DNA of 64,000 nt from an uncultured Bacteroidales bacterium (GCA_964487735.1 CAZASJ010000008.1:697-64696), one strand, 5' to 3'. Positions 21,201-27,128 are shown, numbered from the stretch's first letter. The notes: generated by a model not told the origin, from the letters alone. Numbers and translations: made by a program.

Positions 21201-21298
21201 TTGGTGATGGTAACATTACATATCTGAGCATGTGAGCCTAAAGAAATTAGGGACATGAAAGAAAGTATGGATACAAACCTCACCAATTGCCTTATCAT
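9230..21298 (-). CDS. Giant (4,022 aa) cell-surface protein: signal peptide, ~450-aa non-PKD head, ~41 tandem PKD domains, type-B T9SS (gliding-motility-associated) C-terminal domain
   Basis: Uninterrupted 12,069-nt ORF. N-terminal MIRQLVRFVSILSFMSLISLGSHAQ. 41 copies of the W-x-W-[DN]-F-G-D-[GP]...QNP.H.Y..G.Y.V.L.V....GC.D motif. The C-terminus is listed as a separate feature. Confidence 0.9.
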   Translation of the reverse strand: MIRQLVRFVSILSFMSLISLGSHAQICNVTITNPSADTTICRGDSVYLQAVGDCDDIFMNNTFENGIGVGWSSTAANPTFPSVGCDPEYMGPGVGPNGRYLWVGTNTAAQRTITTESFDISIGNCVVEWWMRYGRQDDAGTCEDPNSWDEGVHLQYSVGGGPWIDFPGSDQFAVGPNTVDPPFITTVNGTGGYWTPADYCPAPNYHCDARYDNNSIYWWHYFVSQVPAAAISNNSRFRFAQRENQQDYDSWGLDEVMIFCSRSQSVIWGHGPTVLNPVNPVSPTVTTSYWVMVYDSLGNFARDTVTIDLAPEVELGPDTTICDDGISTAFFDAGPGFSDYVWNTGAVSQTISPSVQGWYSCTATWNKICVSTDSVYLYVATDAIVSAGSDESVCQNESWDFSNSSLTPSASNHSSLMWFGGTGSFDDPTLLHPVYTPGAGELGNIQLGLIAYGIAPCENDTDYMILTLDTVPTAEFSWDYVCGDYHVSFNDLSTGNGSSIVTWTWNFGDGNTSALQDPTHTYLAYGTYNVQLVAITNNGCSDTIVHAVTLLENPTAAFSSDIACLGNPTSFTDLSTTPSGSLNSWQWNFGDGFTSGLQNPTHTYAATGTYNVTLIVGSDNGCYDTISGSVFVAPMPIASFSGSDVCEGISINFTDLSSTPAGILNGWLWDFGDGGTSTLQNPSHLYASSGSYNVTLTVQNSFGCIDDTSIVVDVYQSPVANFDDSTTCFNYTATFTDLSIPNAASITSWSWDFGDGNTSSAQNPVHLYPSFGTYNVTLTVINSNGCSDAITLPVYVFPNPMAAFTNNMACPGEPVQFTDLSTTATGNINQWNWNFGDGGTSAFQNPIHTYATGGTYLVTLIITTNQGCGDTVQQNITVHPEPIASFSHDALCEDHAVNFFDNSTPNASSILAWSWNFGDGSTSAQQNPTHLYAGAGTFSVNLTVFNSNGCSDDTTINIMILEGPVAEFSDSASCLNFTAYFTDLSTSSVSTITGWLWDFGDGNTSSVQNPVHSYATAGTYTVSLTVTDDNGCYDFISHPVVVFPAPAADFSADTACPGVPTNFIDLSYSAFGIINTWFWDFGDGTTSSMQDPVHIYTVAGNYLVSLIVSNTAGCSDTVSQMIRVYENPFASFSSDIVCQGMETAFSDLSMANAGSLVSWYWDFGDGFSSGQQNPTHIFPAYGLYSVNLTVENSNGCVDDTTVLVEVLETPHAAFSDSSACDLITYFTDLSTYSVVPISNWAWTFGDGGSSGLQNPSHQYAAAGTYLITLIVTNTNACTDTIIHPIAIFEQPTADFTSDTACAMSPTQFTDLSVSNYGAINSWAWTFGDGGTSTAQNPTHVYTGAGSYAVTLIIQTVGGCSDTATGFAEVNALPIASFSTTPVCDDDTMFFTDLSQANATSITNWMWNFGDGGTSTLQNPSHLYSTNGIYNVRLTVTNSNGCTDDTTISVEVYPLPIADFTHTTDCSYNAFFTDISVPNAVSITSWMWDFGDGATSTLQNPTHQYASSGIYIVTLTITNNNGCQDELIQPIVIYPRPLAAFISDTACAFSPTHFTDLSFTSFGVISSWLWDFGDGTTSMLQNPSHIYTAPGTYPVSLIVWTAQGCSDTVSGSAEVLISPTPLFAHDSVCYGYPVSFTDLSVANAGTIVSWNWNFGDGSFSNSQNPTHFYTAAGIYPVNLTVVNSGGCQHDTTMMVEVYQLPIPLFIDSIANGNLTVYFKDLSIPNADSIVSWVWAFGDGDSAFIQHPVHLYPAPGMYVVTLSVTNSNACVGSESMVIWVVTTPVADFIADTACFGTPTQFYDLSIPNADSISTWHWEFGDGDTSNLQNPSHVYPAPGTYLVTLTVVNSIGSNDSYTANVLVRPLPIVAFSDSAVCGTLEVYFTDQSIASADSIVSWFWDFGDGDTSIVQHPVHVFDSMDYYNVSLIVVNNNGCEDTLVRNILVTPGPIADFIQDPGCVTEVMQFTDISIPNSGVIVSWDWDFGDGGVSTIQNPTHIYTSAGMYPVSLIVWSSSGCADTVVKIVEVFELPEASFEVIAPLCDLSDIQFNDLSISNADSLISWYWDFGDGDTSLLQDPIHVYNTSGFYLVTLTTWNSNGCQDDTAMTIEVFTSPIADYYTNQPVCIGETISFFDISVVGSGTFAGWDWDFDDGTTSTLQNPTHIFNSVDTFNVSLTVTNSNGCTSQISYPVYVDEVPIPGFDYSIPCYTQSTQFTDLSYNNGSSIISSWIWDFGDGDSAFTQHPTHSYAASGIYTVTLNVFNASGCYSVISQDIEIFEGPAASFTYFGACIGFPTQFNETTLTGGSPIISWFWDFGDGDTTWNVLDPVHLYASIGSYTVLLVVEDQNGCIDSNIMVVDIYDLPTADFIADTVCLGVATQFDDISQPAASIVSWAWDFGDPVSGPLNFSSLQNPTHVYNTEGFYDITFTVVDTSGCSHTIVKQIYAEPVPIADFMFTSGNCVNNLVQFIDLSSTFTGDIEMWVWDYGDGTIDTIVPPWSPNVTHAFQTAGVHFITLTVYNTSGCSGSVTDVIVITEGPEADFNFEVFCDDDAVLFYDITAGGDIASREWDFGDPASGSLNYSTLQNPSHVFSDTGTFNVSLIVINSAGCIDTVTKQLHIHPLLEVDFFWIAACEDEITQFYTDTTVVNINIVTNYLWNFGDGYWSNLRNPAHIYDGDGVFDVTLTISDTIQCETSITHQVTVNKIPNAYFDVTEPTCLGDSVFFNDLSSTAVGYNVLWVWDFNDGTPVDSIFFPDDPNIYHQYDTTGIFGATLTVMNSGGCTHTYMREVQVVPDPEADFLFANACSEEAVQFFDHSNTGGMGDMSYNWNFGDPATGILNSDTLQNPVHTYMFGDSTYYVTLIITNYQGCVDTIVKAVYVRQSPDVAFLWGAACEDTATHFYPDSSLMNVFGVTSWFWDFDDGTFAYEPDPYHQFAATGIYNVTLTVQDTGVCSNSHTAVVIVHESPVALFSGPQTACQQSPVYFDELSYGQGAYISSWYWDFGDGTDTTIYFPDDPDIYHTYAFVGTYAVSLSATGADSCFDQLTQLISVTGSPEALFEFENSCFGESVYFFDQSIPQQGGDIVEWSWNFDDPNSGILNYSNLQNPQHTFTAIGIYDVRLIVTNAGECSDTIILQVDVTAEPPVDFTYEENCLSQATLFFTDTTVTNIASVILYDWNFGDGSPGSNLMNPEHTYSATGSYQVSLTITESSGCIGTVTHEIEVLANPIALYSYEEGCDGSPLQFMDASYTTSGELITGWAWNFDDPVSGPSNCSNEKNPTHLFSDFGMFNVQLLVSTESGCTGSITLPVNVDQGPEADFIYQVGSCTNGLVNFNDVSASPLSQIIEWKWTFEAGYQSQQQNPSHSFLHSDTTYVVSLAVLDNKGCSDTIYKDVYIPDELLAEISDSINCFGEGMQFAATIIQPLPNSIDSYSWNFGDPASGALNTSEVANPVHVYTHPGVFTVSVEIVDMFDCPAILYKQIIVNELPAADFSYEVDLCDSLFRFSDQSTANGFDIITQIWDFGDGSPPVVLTGSGVGDISHIYSEIGIYEATLIVEGSNGCFNSVSKEVVREACLVPAFEIFSNPNCQYADVLFTENSTIKELIQEWYWDFGDGSDTTYFEPAEFIKHTYERTGEISVSLGISAVINGVLFTDTLSRIFEIMPGPIANFFSNPVCAGGPMNFIDSTENGDAYTVSWHWNFGTGFGGDTSNTQSPIFVYENSGVYDVSLITINNWGCIDTVVKTASVHISPTANFQYTTGCLNEKVEFTDRSFADEGDQITNWRWNFGDPSTNADTSQMQHPIYSYGQLGEKEVELIVYNTIGCPDTLKQFIDVHPIPTAGFTVTENYENEQGRVALEDASMDSEAYYWDFGDGYSLYDDYPPVIHSYEEDGVYRIEQVIWNEFGCPDTAFREYDFMFKTLFVPNALNPNGYDPDTKLFTPKGRNLKYFHIAIYNHWGEILWESTALDAGGRPAESWDGFHEGKLVPSDVYLWKAEAVFRDGTVWEGNVVGHTDDIPTGTSGYVVVVR
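9233..9574 (-). other. Type-B T9SS C-terminal sorting domain (gliding motility-associated C-terminal domain, TIGR04131-like)
   Basis: LFVPNALNPNGYDPDTKLFTP..YFHIAIYNHWGEILWES..WDGFHEGKLVPSDVYLWKAEAVF matches the PNAFTPNGDG / I.NRWGE / WDG / Y.Y pattern of the family as I recall it. Confidence 0.75.
9575..19885 (-). repeat. In-frame tandem array of ~41 PKD-domain coding units (unit 243-267 nt)
   Basis: The codon for the second Trp of the WxW motif lies at 19784, 19538, 19292, 19046, 18800, 18554, 18308, 18062, 17816, 17573, 17327, 17081, 16838, 16592, 16346, 16100, 15854, 15608, 15362, 15113, 14864, 14615, 14369, 14123, 13859, 13604, 13340, 13091, 12827, 12560, 12311, 12047, 11783, 11531, 11267, 11015, 10754, 10487, 10220, 9962 and 9710. 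All are in frame with the stop at 9230. Confidence 0.9.
21227..21298 (-). other. Sec signal peptide of the giant protein
   Basis: Basic n-region (R3, R7), hydrophobic core FVSILSFMSLISLG, and an SHA-Q cleavage-like site. Confidence 0.7.
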
Positions 21299-21676
21299 GA
21301 GTAGAATTTGATTTCTTGTTCTGTCATACGTTTAGGAAATAAATATGTTTCATGCTTTTTTTGTTAAATATATCTATTTCAACACATTATGAAATTATCA
21401 GTTTAACTAAAATCCCCTGTTCTCAGGGCTTTGATAACATTAAGATCTGATATCTGCAATAATTCTGGTCTTGGGTTTATTTTACTGATGGACTTTCAGG
21501 GCTTGGCTATCGGGTCATTCAAATATCCCCGTAAACTTGTACTCAGTAAAATATGCAACGTTTCGTAAGGGTTAATTAGGCTGGGTTTTGACGATACATT
21601 ATTTTCAAAAACAAGATAAGAAAGCTAAAATACATGGTGCAAGTATTTTTTGATTAAAGTTTGAAGATTCAGCTAT

Positions 21677-21693
21677 TTTAGAATTATTCTAAA
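21677..21693. promoter_or_regulatory. 17-bp perfect palindrome TTTAGAAT-T-ATTCTAAA in the giant-gene upstream region (candidate operator)
   Basis: Eight complementary positions on each side of the central T at 21685, read directly from the sequence. It lies roughly midway between the divergent starts at 21298 and 22062. Confidence 0.3.
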
Positions 21694-22061
21694 TTGTAAG
21701 AAATCCTTTAATTGCTAAAATAAAATCCTAACTATCTGTTTTTTAATTCTTTTTGGAAGCCAAGAAATAAAAAATAACAAAAAATGAAAAAATAAAAAAA
21801 TGCAAATTAATATCCACCACCCGATATTTACATATTTAAAATTCATATATATCTACAAATTTTCACCAATAAGCCTACGTATATATACCGAGAAGCACAA
21901 ATAAGTGTAAGTACAGATCCTATTTCGAAATATGAAAACATCGATTTTTTTTTGAGAGCCAAATATCAATCATAAGAATAGGAAAACTTGATAATTGCCT
22001 TTAAAAAACATAACTTTATCGTTCACTATCAGTCTTATGCATTAACCCAATAAACCTTATT

Positions 22062-22466
22062 ATGAAAAAACGAACCTTTTTAATGATGATCCTCAGTTTT
22101 GTCCTATTCTCATGTGGAAGCGGTCCTGATCAATCAGGCACAAATAACAATGAAGCTTCGGATAATGAAAAGATTTCACAGGAGGATGAAAATAGCAGTG
22201 ACAATGAGATCAAAGACTGCAATGATTTCCTCGACAGTTATGAAAAGTGGGTAGATGATTATGTTGATGTCGTAGCAGCCTACATGAAAGATCCAACAAG
22301 CATTGAGATTCGTCAGGAGTATGGCGAATTAGCTTCAACAGCTGCCACCTGGCCCACAGAATGGACAAGCTATGCCATGTGTGCACAATCAGAAGATTAC
22401 CAGAAACGTTTTGATGAAATCACTGATAAGCTGGATAAGAAATTAGAAGAGCTTGGATTTGACTAA
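22062..22466 (+). CDS. Small acidic lipoprotein, unknown function
   Basis: 134 aa. Lipoprotein signal MKKRTFLMMILSFVLFSCGSG (lipobox LFSC), an acidic low-complexity linker, then a helical C-terminal part. Confidence 0.6.
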   Translation: MKKRTFLMMILSFVLFSCGSGPDQSGTNNNEASDNEKISQEDENSSDNEIKDCNDFLDSYEKWVDDYVDVVAAYMKDPTSIEIRQEYGELASTAATWPTEWTSYAMCAQSEDYQKRFDEITDKLDKKLEELGFD

Positions 22467-22529
22467 GCACAAAACTTCTATTCAATAAGCCCGGCCAACA
22501 AGTTTATTGTTTGGTATACAGATTCTCGT

Positions 22530-22537
22530 TATTTTTG
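22530..22537 (+). promoter_or_regulatory. Candidate -7 box (TATTTTTG) for purC
   Basis: Matches TAnnTTTG, 24 nt upstream of the ATG at 22561. A possible -33 element TTTG lies at 22510-22513. Confidence 0.5.
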
Positions 22538-22560
22538 CAGTTAGTTAAAAAACACTGCAA

Positions 22561-23511
22561 ATGAAGAATGCTATTACCTCTACAGATTTTAAATTCCCGG
22601 GGCAGAAAAGTCTTTATAAAGGGAAAGTTCGCGATGTATATAACATTAACGATGAATTAATGGTCATGGTGGTTAGTGACCGGATTTCAGCTTTTGACGT
22701 GGTATTACCGGAAGGGATTCCATACAAAGGACAGGTATTAAACCAGATTGCCGCCAAATTTCTTGATGCAACAGCTGATATCGTTCCTAACTGGAAAATC
22801 GCTGTTCCTGATCCCATGGTTACTATTGGCAGGTATTGCAAGCCTTTCCCCATTGAAATGATCATCAGGGGTTACTTAACGGGTAGCTCATGGAGGACTT
22901 ATAAAAAAGGAGCCAGGGATATATGTGGTGTGCCTGTACCTGAAGGAATGAAAGAACACCAGGCCTTCCCCGAGCCCATTGTCACCCCCACAACAAAAGC
23001 ACAGGAAGGCGCTCATGATGAGGACATTTCTGCCGAAGAAATCCTAAGGCAAGGCCTTGTATCAGAGACGGATTATTCATTGCTCGACAAATACACCAGG
23101 GAGTTGTTCCGCAGAGGTTCGGAAATAGCCGATAAAATGGGACTGATCCTTGTCGACACAAAATACGAGTTTGGCAAGATTGGCGAACAGATATACCTGA
23201 TTGATGAAATTCATACTCCTGACTCCTCAAGGTATTTTTATAAAGAAGGATACCAAGAGCGCCAGGCCAAGGGTGAAGCTCAAAAACAACTAAGCAAAGA
23301 GTTTGTAAGAGAATGGTTGATGGAACATGGATTTATGGGACAGGAAGGACAAGAAGTCCCACATATGTCAAATGAGTTTGTTAAATCCGTTTCAGACCGA
23401 TATATTGAACTATACGAAAGCATTACGGGCGATCCTTTTGCAAAAGCAGATATTTCAGATGTCCTAAACAGAGTAGAATCCAATATTAATGGTTTTCTTT
23501 CTAAAAAATAA
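22561..23511 (+). CDS. purC: Phosphoribosylaminoimidazole-succinocarboxamide (SAICAR) synthase
   Basis: 316 aa. YKGKVRDVY...[27 protein letters not shown] and [11 protein letters not shown]. Confidence 0.9.
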   Translation: MKNAITSTDFKFPGQKSLYKGKVRDVYNINDELMVMVVSDRISAFDVVLPEGIPYKGQVLNQIAAKFLDATADIVPNWKIAVPDPMVTIGRYCKPFPIEMIIRGYLTGSSWRTYKKGARDICGVPVPEGMKEHQAFPEPIVTPTTKAQEGAHDEDISAEEILRQGLVSETDYSLLDKYTRELFRRGSEIADKMGLILVDTKYEFGKIGEQIYLIDEIHTPDSSRYFYKEGYQERQAKGEAQKQLSKEFVREWLMEHGFMGQEGQEVPHMSNEFVKSVSDRYIELYESITGDPFAKADISDVLNRVESNINGFLSKK

Positions 23512-23527
23512 TCGTAAAAAATAATTC

Positions 23528-24739
23528 ATGATTCCTTTCTCGCCGCCACGTATCGACCAAAAAATCATTGACGAAGTAAGCGATGCCCTGAAATCAGGCT
23601 GGATCACTACCGGGCCAAGAACAAAGAATTTTGAGAAGATGATCACTGCATATGCAGGACACCAGTCGACTTTATGTGTAAATTCAGCTTCTTCGGGTTT
23701 GGAGTTAATGTTACGCTGGTTCGGTGTCGGGCCGGGTGATGAAGTAATCGTACCTGCATATACTTATACTGCTACTGCCAATGTGGTTGTACATTGCGGA
23801 GCCAGGCCGGTGCTTGTAGATTCAGGCCCGGACTTTAATATTGATGTGGAGGGCATCCGCAAAGCCATCAGCCCCGCCACCAAGGTAATTATTCCTGTCG
23901 ACCTCGCGGGATTCCCTTGCGACTATGATGAGATCAATGCCCTTGTTAGGGAAAAAACTGTCGTTGAGAAGTTTAGTCCAACGACGGCGGAGCAGAAAGA
24001 TCTTGGCAGAATACTTATCCTGGCGGATGCTGCCCACTCTATTGGTGCCCTGTATAAAGCAAAGAAAAGCGGGAACCTAACGGATATTAGCGTCTTTTCG
24101 TTCCACGCCGTGAAGAACCTTACAACTGCAGAAGGAGGCGCTGTCTGTCTTAACCTTCCGGCCCCATTTGACAATAATGCGATTTACAAATACCTCTGCA
24201 TTAAATCTCTTCATGGCCAAACCAAGGACGCCCTGTCAAAATCCCAAACAGGCAACTGGCAATATGATGTGATCGAAGCCGGGTATAAATGCAATATGAC
24301 TGATATTCAGGCAGCAATGGGCATCGTTGAGATCCAAAGGTATGACGAAGACATGCTTGTAAAGAGAAAGGCCATATTTGACTGCTACACCAAGTATTTT
24401 TCTGAAAAGGATTGGGCTATAACCCCTGATTATGAGAATACCGACAAGATCTCTTCTTACCACGTATATTTGCTTAGGATCAGGGGTATTGATGAACATC
24501 AGAGAAACAATATCATAAGCAGGATCAATGAGAAAGAGGTTGCTGTTAACGTTCATTTCATACCCTTGCCCATGCTCACATATTACAGAAAATCAGGATA
24601 TAAGATGGAGGATTATCCGCAGAGCTATGATAATTTCACTAGGGTGATCAGCCTCCCGGTGTATTATGACCTCAGTGATGAGCAAGTGCTGACTGTGATC
24701 AAGGCTGTGATCAGTTCTGTAGAAGAAGAAACTTCCTGA
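23528..24739 (+). CDS. DegT/DnrJ/EryC1/StrS family PLP-dependent sugar aminotransferase
   Basis: 403 aa. FSPPRIDQKIIDEVSDALKSGWITTGPRTKNFE..; the probable PLP lysine lies in FSFHAVKNLTTAEGG. Confidence 0.85.
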   Translation: MIPFSPPRIDQKIIDEVSDALKSGWITTGPRTKNFEKMITAYAGHQSTLCVNSASSGLELMLRWFGVGPGDEVIVPAYTYTATANVVVHCGARPVLVDSGPDFNIDVEGIRKAISPATKVIIPVDLAGFPCDYDEINALVREKTVVEKFSPTTAEQKDLGRILILADAAHSIGALYKAKKSGNLTDISVFSFHAVKNLTTAEGGAVCLNLPAPFDNNAIYKYLCIKSLHGQTKDALSKSQTGNWQYDVIEAGYKCNMTDIQAAMGIVEIQRYDEDMLVKRKAIFDCYTKYFSEKDWAITPDYENTDKISSYHVYLLRIRGIDEHQRNNIISRINEKEVAVNVHFIPLPMLTYYRKSGYKMEDYPQSYDNFTRVISLPVYYDLSDEQVLTVIKAVISSVEEETS

Positions 24740-25326
24740 TGAAGCGTATTTTTGATATACTTGTATCTATTCTATCCTTGATGGCATTGTTTCCTGTTAT
24801 GCTTATGATTGCCATATGGATTCTGATTGATTCAAGAGGTGGCGTTTTCTTTAAACAAATTAGGGTAGGAAGAAATAATAAGAATTTCAAGATGCTCAAA
24901 TTTCGCAGTATGCAGCCCGATTCCGAAAAAAAAGGCATGCTCACTGTTGGCGGCCGCGATCCAAGGATTACCAGCGCTGGATATTACCTTCGGAAATCAA
25001 AACTGGATGAACTGCCTCAGCTCTTAAATATCTTTATTGGAGACATGAGCTTTGTCGGCCCGAGGCCTGAGGTAAGAAAATATGTGGATCTCTATACACC
25101 CGAACAAATGCAGGTGTTGAGGGTCAGGCCTGGATTAACAGACCCCGCATCACTCCAGTATTTTGATGAGAATGTATTGCTTGAAAAAAGCGATGAACCG
25201 GAGAAAGTCTACATCAAAAGCATTATGCCAGCCAAGCTTGAAATCAATTTAAAGTATATGGCTGAACGCAGTTTCGCCAGTGATATTAAGGTTATATTAA
25301 AAACGGTTTACAGAATATTTTCCTGA
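24739..25326 (+). CDS. Small monotopic polyprenyl-phosphate sugar-phosphate transferase (PglC/WbaP C-terminal-type bacterial sugar transferase)
   Basis: 195 aa. MKRIFDILVSILSLMALFPVML.., KFRSM, DPRITSAGYYLRKSKLDELPQLLNIFIGDMSFVGPRPE. The ATG shares its A with the upstream TGA (24737-24741). Confidence 0.85.
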   Translation: MKRIFDILVSILSLMALFPVMLMIAIWILIDSRGGVFFKQIRVGRNNKNFKMLKFRSMQPDSEKKGMLTVGGRDPRITSAGYYLRKSKLDELPQLLNIFIGDMSFVGPRPEVRKYVDLYTPEQMQVLRVRPGLTDPASLQYFDENVLLEKSDEPEKVYIKSIMPAKLEINLKYMAERSFASDIKVILKTVYRIFS

Positions 25327-25329
25327 CCG

Positions 25330-26205
25330 CTATAATCCTGAAGCAAGCTTTTTAAGTTCTTCCATTTTCTCCAGATTCCCTTGCTTTTGGTGCAGATCAA
25401 TCAATTCATTAAACACCCTTCTAAGGATGGTCACATTACTGCAGGGCCTGAAATAATTATCGTCCGGATTCAGTTTCATTTGCTTGATATAGGCATCGAT
25501 CTCATTATGGGTAAAAAGGGTCCCCCTGTTGAATGGATTGATATAAAACAAAGCCTGTACGCCCTCAGCAGCATTTTCATCACTGCTGTTATCGGTATCC
25601 ATATAAGCAAGCACAAAATGATTGGGAAGGTCAACACCATAAACAGGAAGCTTAAGGCTACGTGCAATGATGATATACAAGATTCCAATCGATAAAGGAT
25701 TCCCTTTTTTTGATTCAAGCAGAATGTTGAGATAGAGATTATCAGGGCTATTCATATTGCTCTTATTTCCCCTGAATTTATGAACATCGAACAGTATGTG
25801 ATTGACAACCTTAATCTTTTCCAGGGCGGTAAGATTATTATTCAGTTCCAACCATACATCCTGAACCAATTGTCCAACCTGCTTGATGATCTTTTCAGAG
25901 TCCAGATCCGGGTATTGATAGCGGGCAGCCAGCATAAAGCCTTTCATCAGGTCGTTGCTATCCAATTGCGACCAGCTGCATATTCCAGCGTAAAGATCAT
26001 CTTGTTGTATCCGGTGAATAATCTCTTCAATTCGTTCCTGCAGAAGAGGTACAAAAGATTGCTCCCATGCCATTTCAAGTTCAGAAATGGCTTCAAGCCC
26101 ATACGCATGGATTTTAGACATAATCTGTTCATAAACCACTGCGTCAGGCTCATCCAACATACTAATCAACGCTTTTAACTCCTTCTGAAGGTTCTTTTTA
26201 GGCAT
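25330..26205 (-). CDS. Transglutaminase-like (SirB1/UPF0162) family protein
   Basis: 291 aa. NLYLNILLESKKGNPLSIGILYIIIARSLKLPVYGVDLPNHFVLAY. Confidence 0.7.
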   Translation of the reverse strand: MPKKNLQKELKALISMLDEPDAVVYEQIMSKIHAYGLEAISELEMAWEQSFVPLLQERIEEIIHRIQQDDLYAGICSWSQLDSNDLMKGFMLAARYQYPDLDSEKIIKQVGQLVQDVWLELNNNLTALEKIKVVNHILFDVHKFRGNKSNMNSPDNLYLNILLESKKGNPLSIGILYIIIARSLKLPVYGVDLPNHFVLAYMDTDNSSDENAAEGVQALFYINPFNRGTLFTHNEIDAYIKQMKLNPDDNYFRPCSNVTILRRVFNELIDLHQKQGNLEKMEELKKLASGL

Positions 26206-26268
26206 ATTTATTTGAATTCATTGAAAAGCCAAATCATAATTCTTATTTATCTTCGCAATTATTGTATT

Positions 26269-26276
26269 CAAAATTA
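26269..26276 (-). promoter_or_regulatory. Candidate -7 box (TAATTTTG) for the transglutaminase-like gene
   Basis: Plus strand reads CAAAATTA, 64 nt upstream of the ATG at 26205. Confidence 0.4.
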
Positions 26277-26294
26277 ATACTTAAATAAGCAGTT

Positions 26295-27128
26295 TTGATA
26301 AAAAACAATCTTCATTATCAACCGACATTTAAACATATTGCGGTTGTATTTTTGATCTTTGGACTTACATTCTGTAAAGAACCAGCCAAAAAACATAAGA
26401 TCATCGAACCGGCAAGCCTCTCAAAAGAAGACATAAAAACTGTTCGCAATATTCCAGATGGACACAAGGAGTTTCTGGCCCGGTTTCTCCCGGAAATCCA
26501 CTTGGCAAACAATGAAATCCTGAAGGAGAGGAATCATATCCTCGACATGAAAGAAAGTCTTGACAAGCAAGATAAGTTAACTGAATCTCAATTGGCTGAG
26601 TTAAATACTTATATACAAATTTATCGTATCAATGGATTTGAATCCAATACGATTCCATCAGATACAATGCTCAACAATGCAATCATGAAGTTACTGCATA
26701 GAGTCGATATCATCCCTGTCAGGCTTGTAATGGCTCAGGCGATTATAGAATCCGGATGGGGAAGTTCATCTTTTGCTCAAGAAGGGAATAATTACTTTGG
26801 AGTGCATTGTTATACAGATGGATGTGGGGTGAGGCCTGAAGGAAAGGATAGCGCAAATTTCTATGTTAAGACCTATCCCAGCGAAATGGCAGGAATTCAG
26901 GATTATCTGTGGATACTAAATACTGGGTTTGCATACAGAGGCTTGCGCGATACGCGAGCACACCTCAGGGCAAAAGACAAGCCAATCAATCCCATTGCCC
27001 TGGCCCAGGGCTTGTCAAGGTATTCTGAAAAGGGTGAGGAATACGTTAAAATGGTCAGCAATATAATCAGGAATTACATACCTGATAATGTAAATCAATT
27101 GCTAAGCAGTAAACCTGCTGAGCAATAA
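26295..27128 (+). CDS. Glucosaminidase (mannosyl-glycoprotein endo-beta-N-acetylglucosaminidase) domain protein, Bax-like
   Basis: 277 aa. MAQAIIESGWGSSSFAQEGNNYFGVHCY. The start codon at 26295 is TTG and there is no upstream ATG. The N-terminal hydrophobic segment VVFLIFGLTFC suggests export. Confidence 0.7.
   Translation: MIKNNLHYQPTFKHIAVVFLIFGLTFCKEPAKKHKIIEPASLSKEDIKTVRNIPDGHKEFLARFLPEIHLANNEILKERNHILDMKESLDKQDKLTESQLAELNTYIQIYRINGFESNTIPSDTMLNNAIMKLLHRVDIIPVRLVMAQAIIESGWGSSSFAQEGNNYFGVHCYTDGCGVRPEGKDSANFYVKTYPSEMAGIQDYLWILNTGFAYRGLRDTRAHLRAKDKPINPIALAQGLSRYSEKGEEYVKMVSNIIRNYIPDNVNQLLSSKPAEQ

Noticed and set aside
21299-22061. The long upstream region could be an invertible (phase-variable) promoter switch of the kind Bacteroidales use for surface structures.
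   Set aside because: Reading by eye, I found no long flanking inverted repeats; the best distant pair is only 8 bp (GGGTTAAT at 21569 and ATTAACCC at 22041). There is no nearby site-specific recombinase gene. The search was not exhaustive, so this is unsupported rather than excluded.
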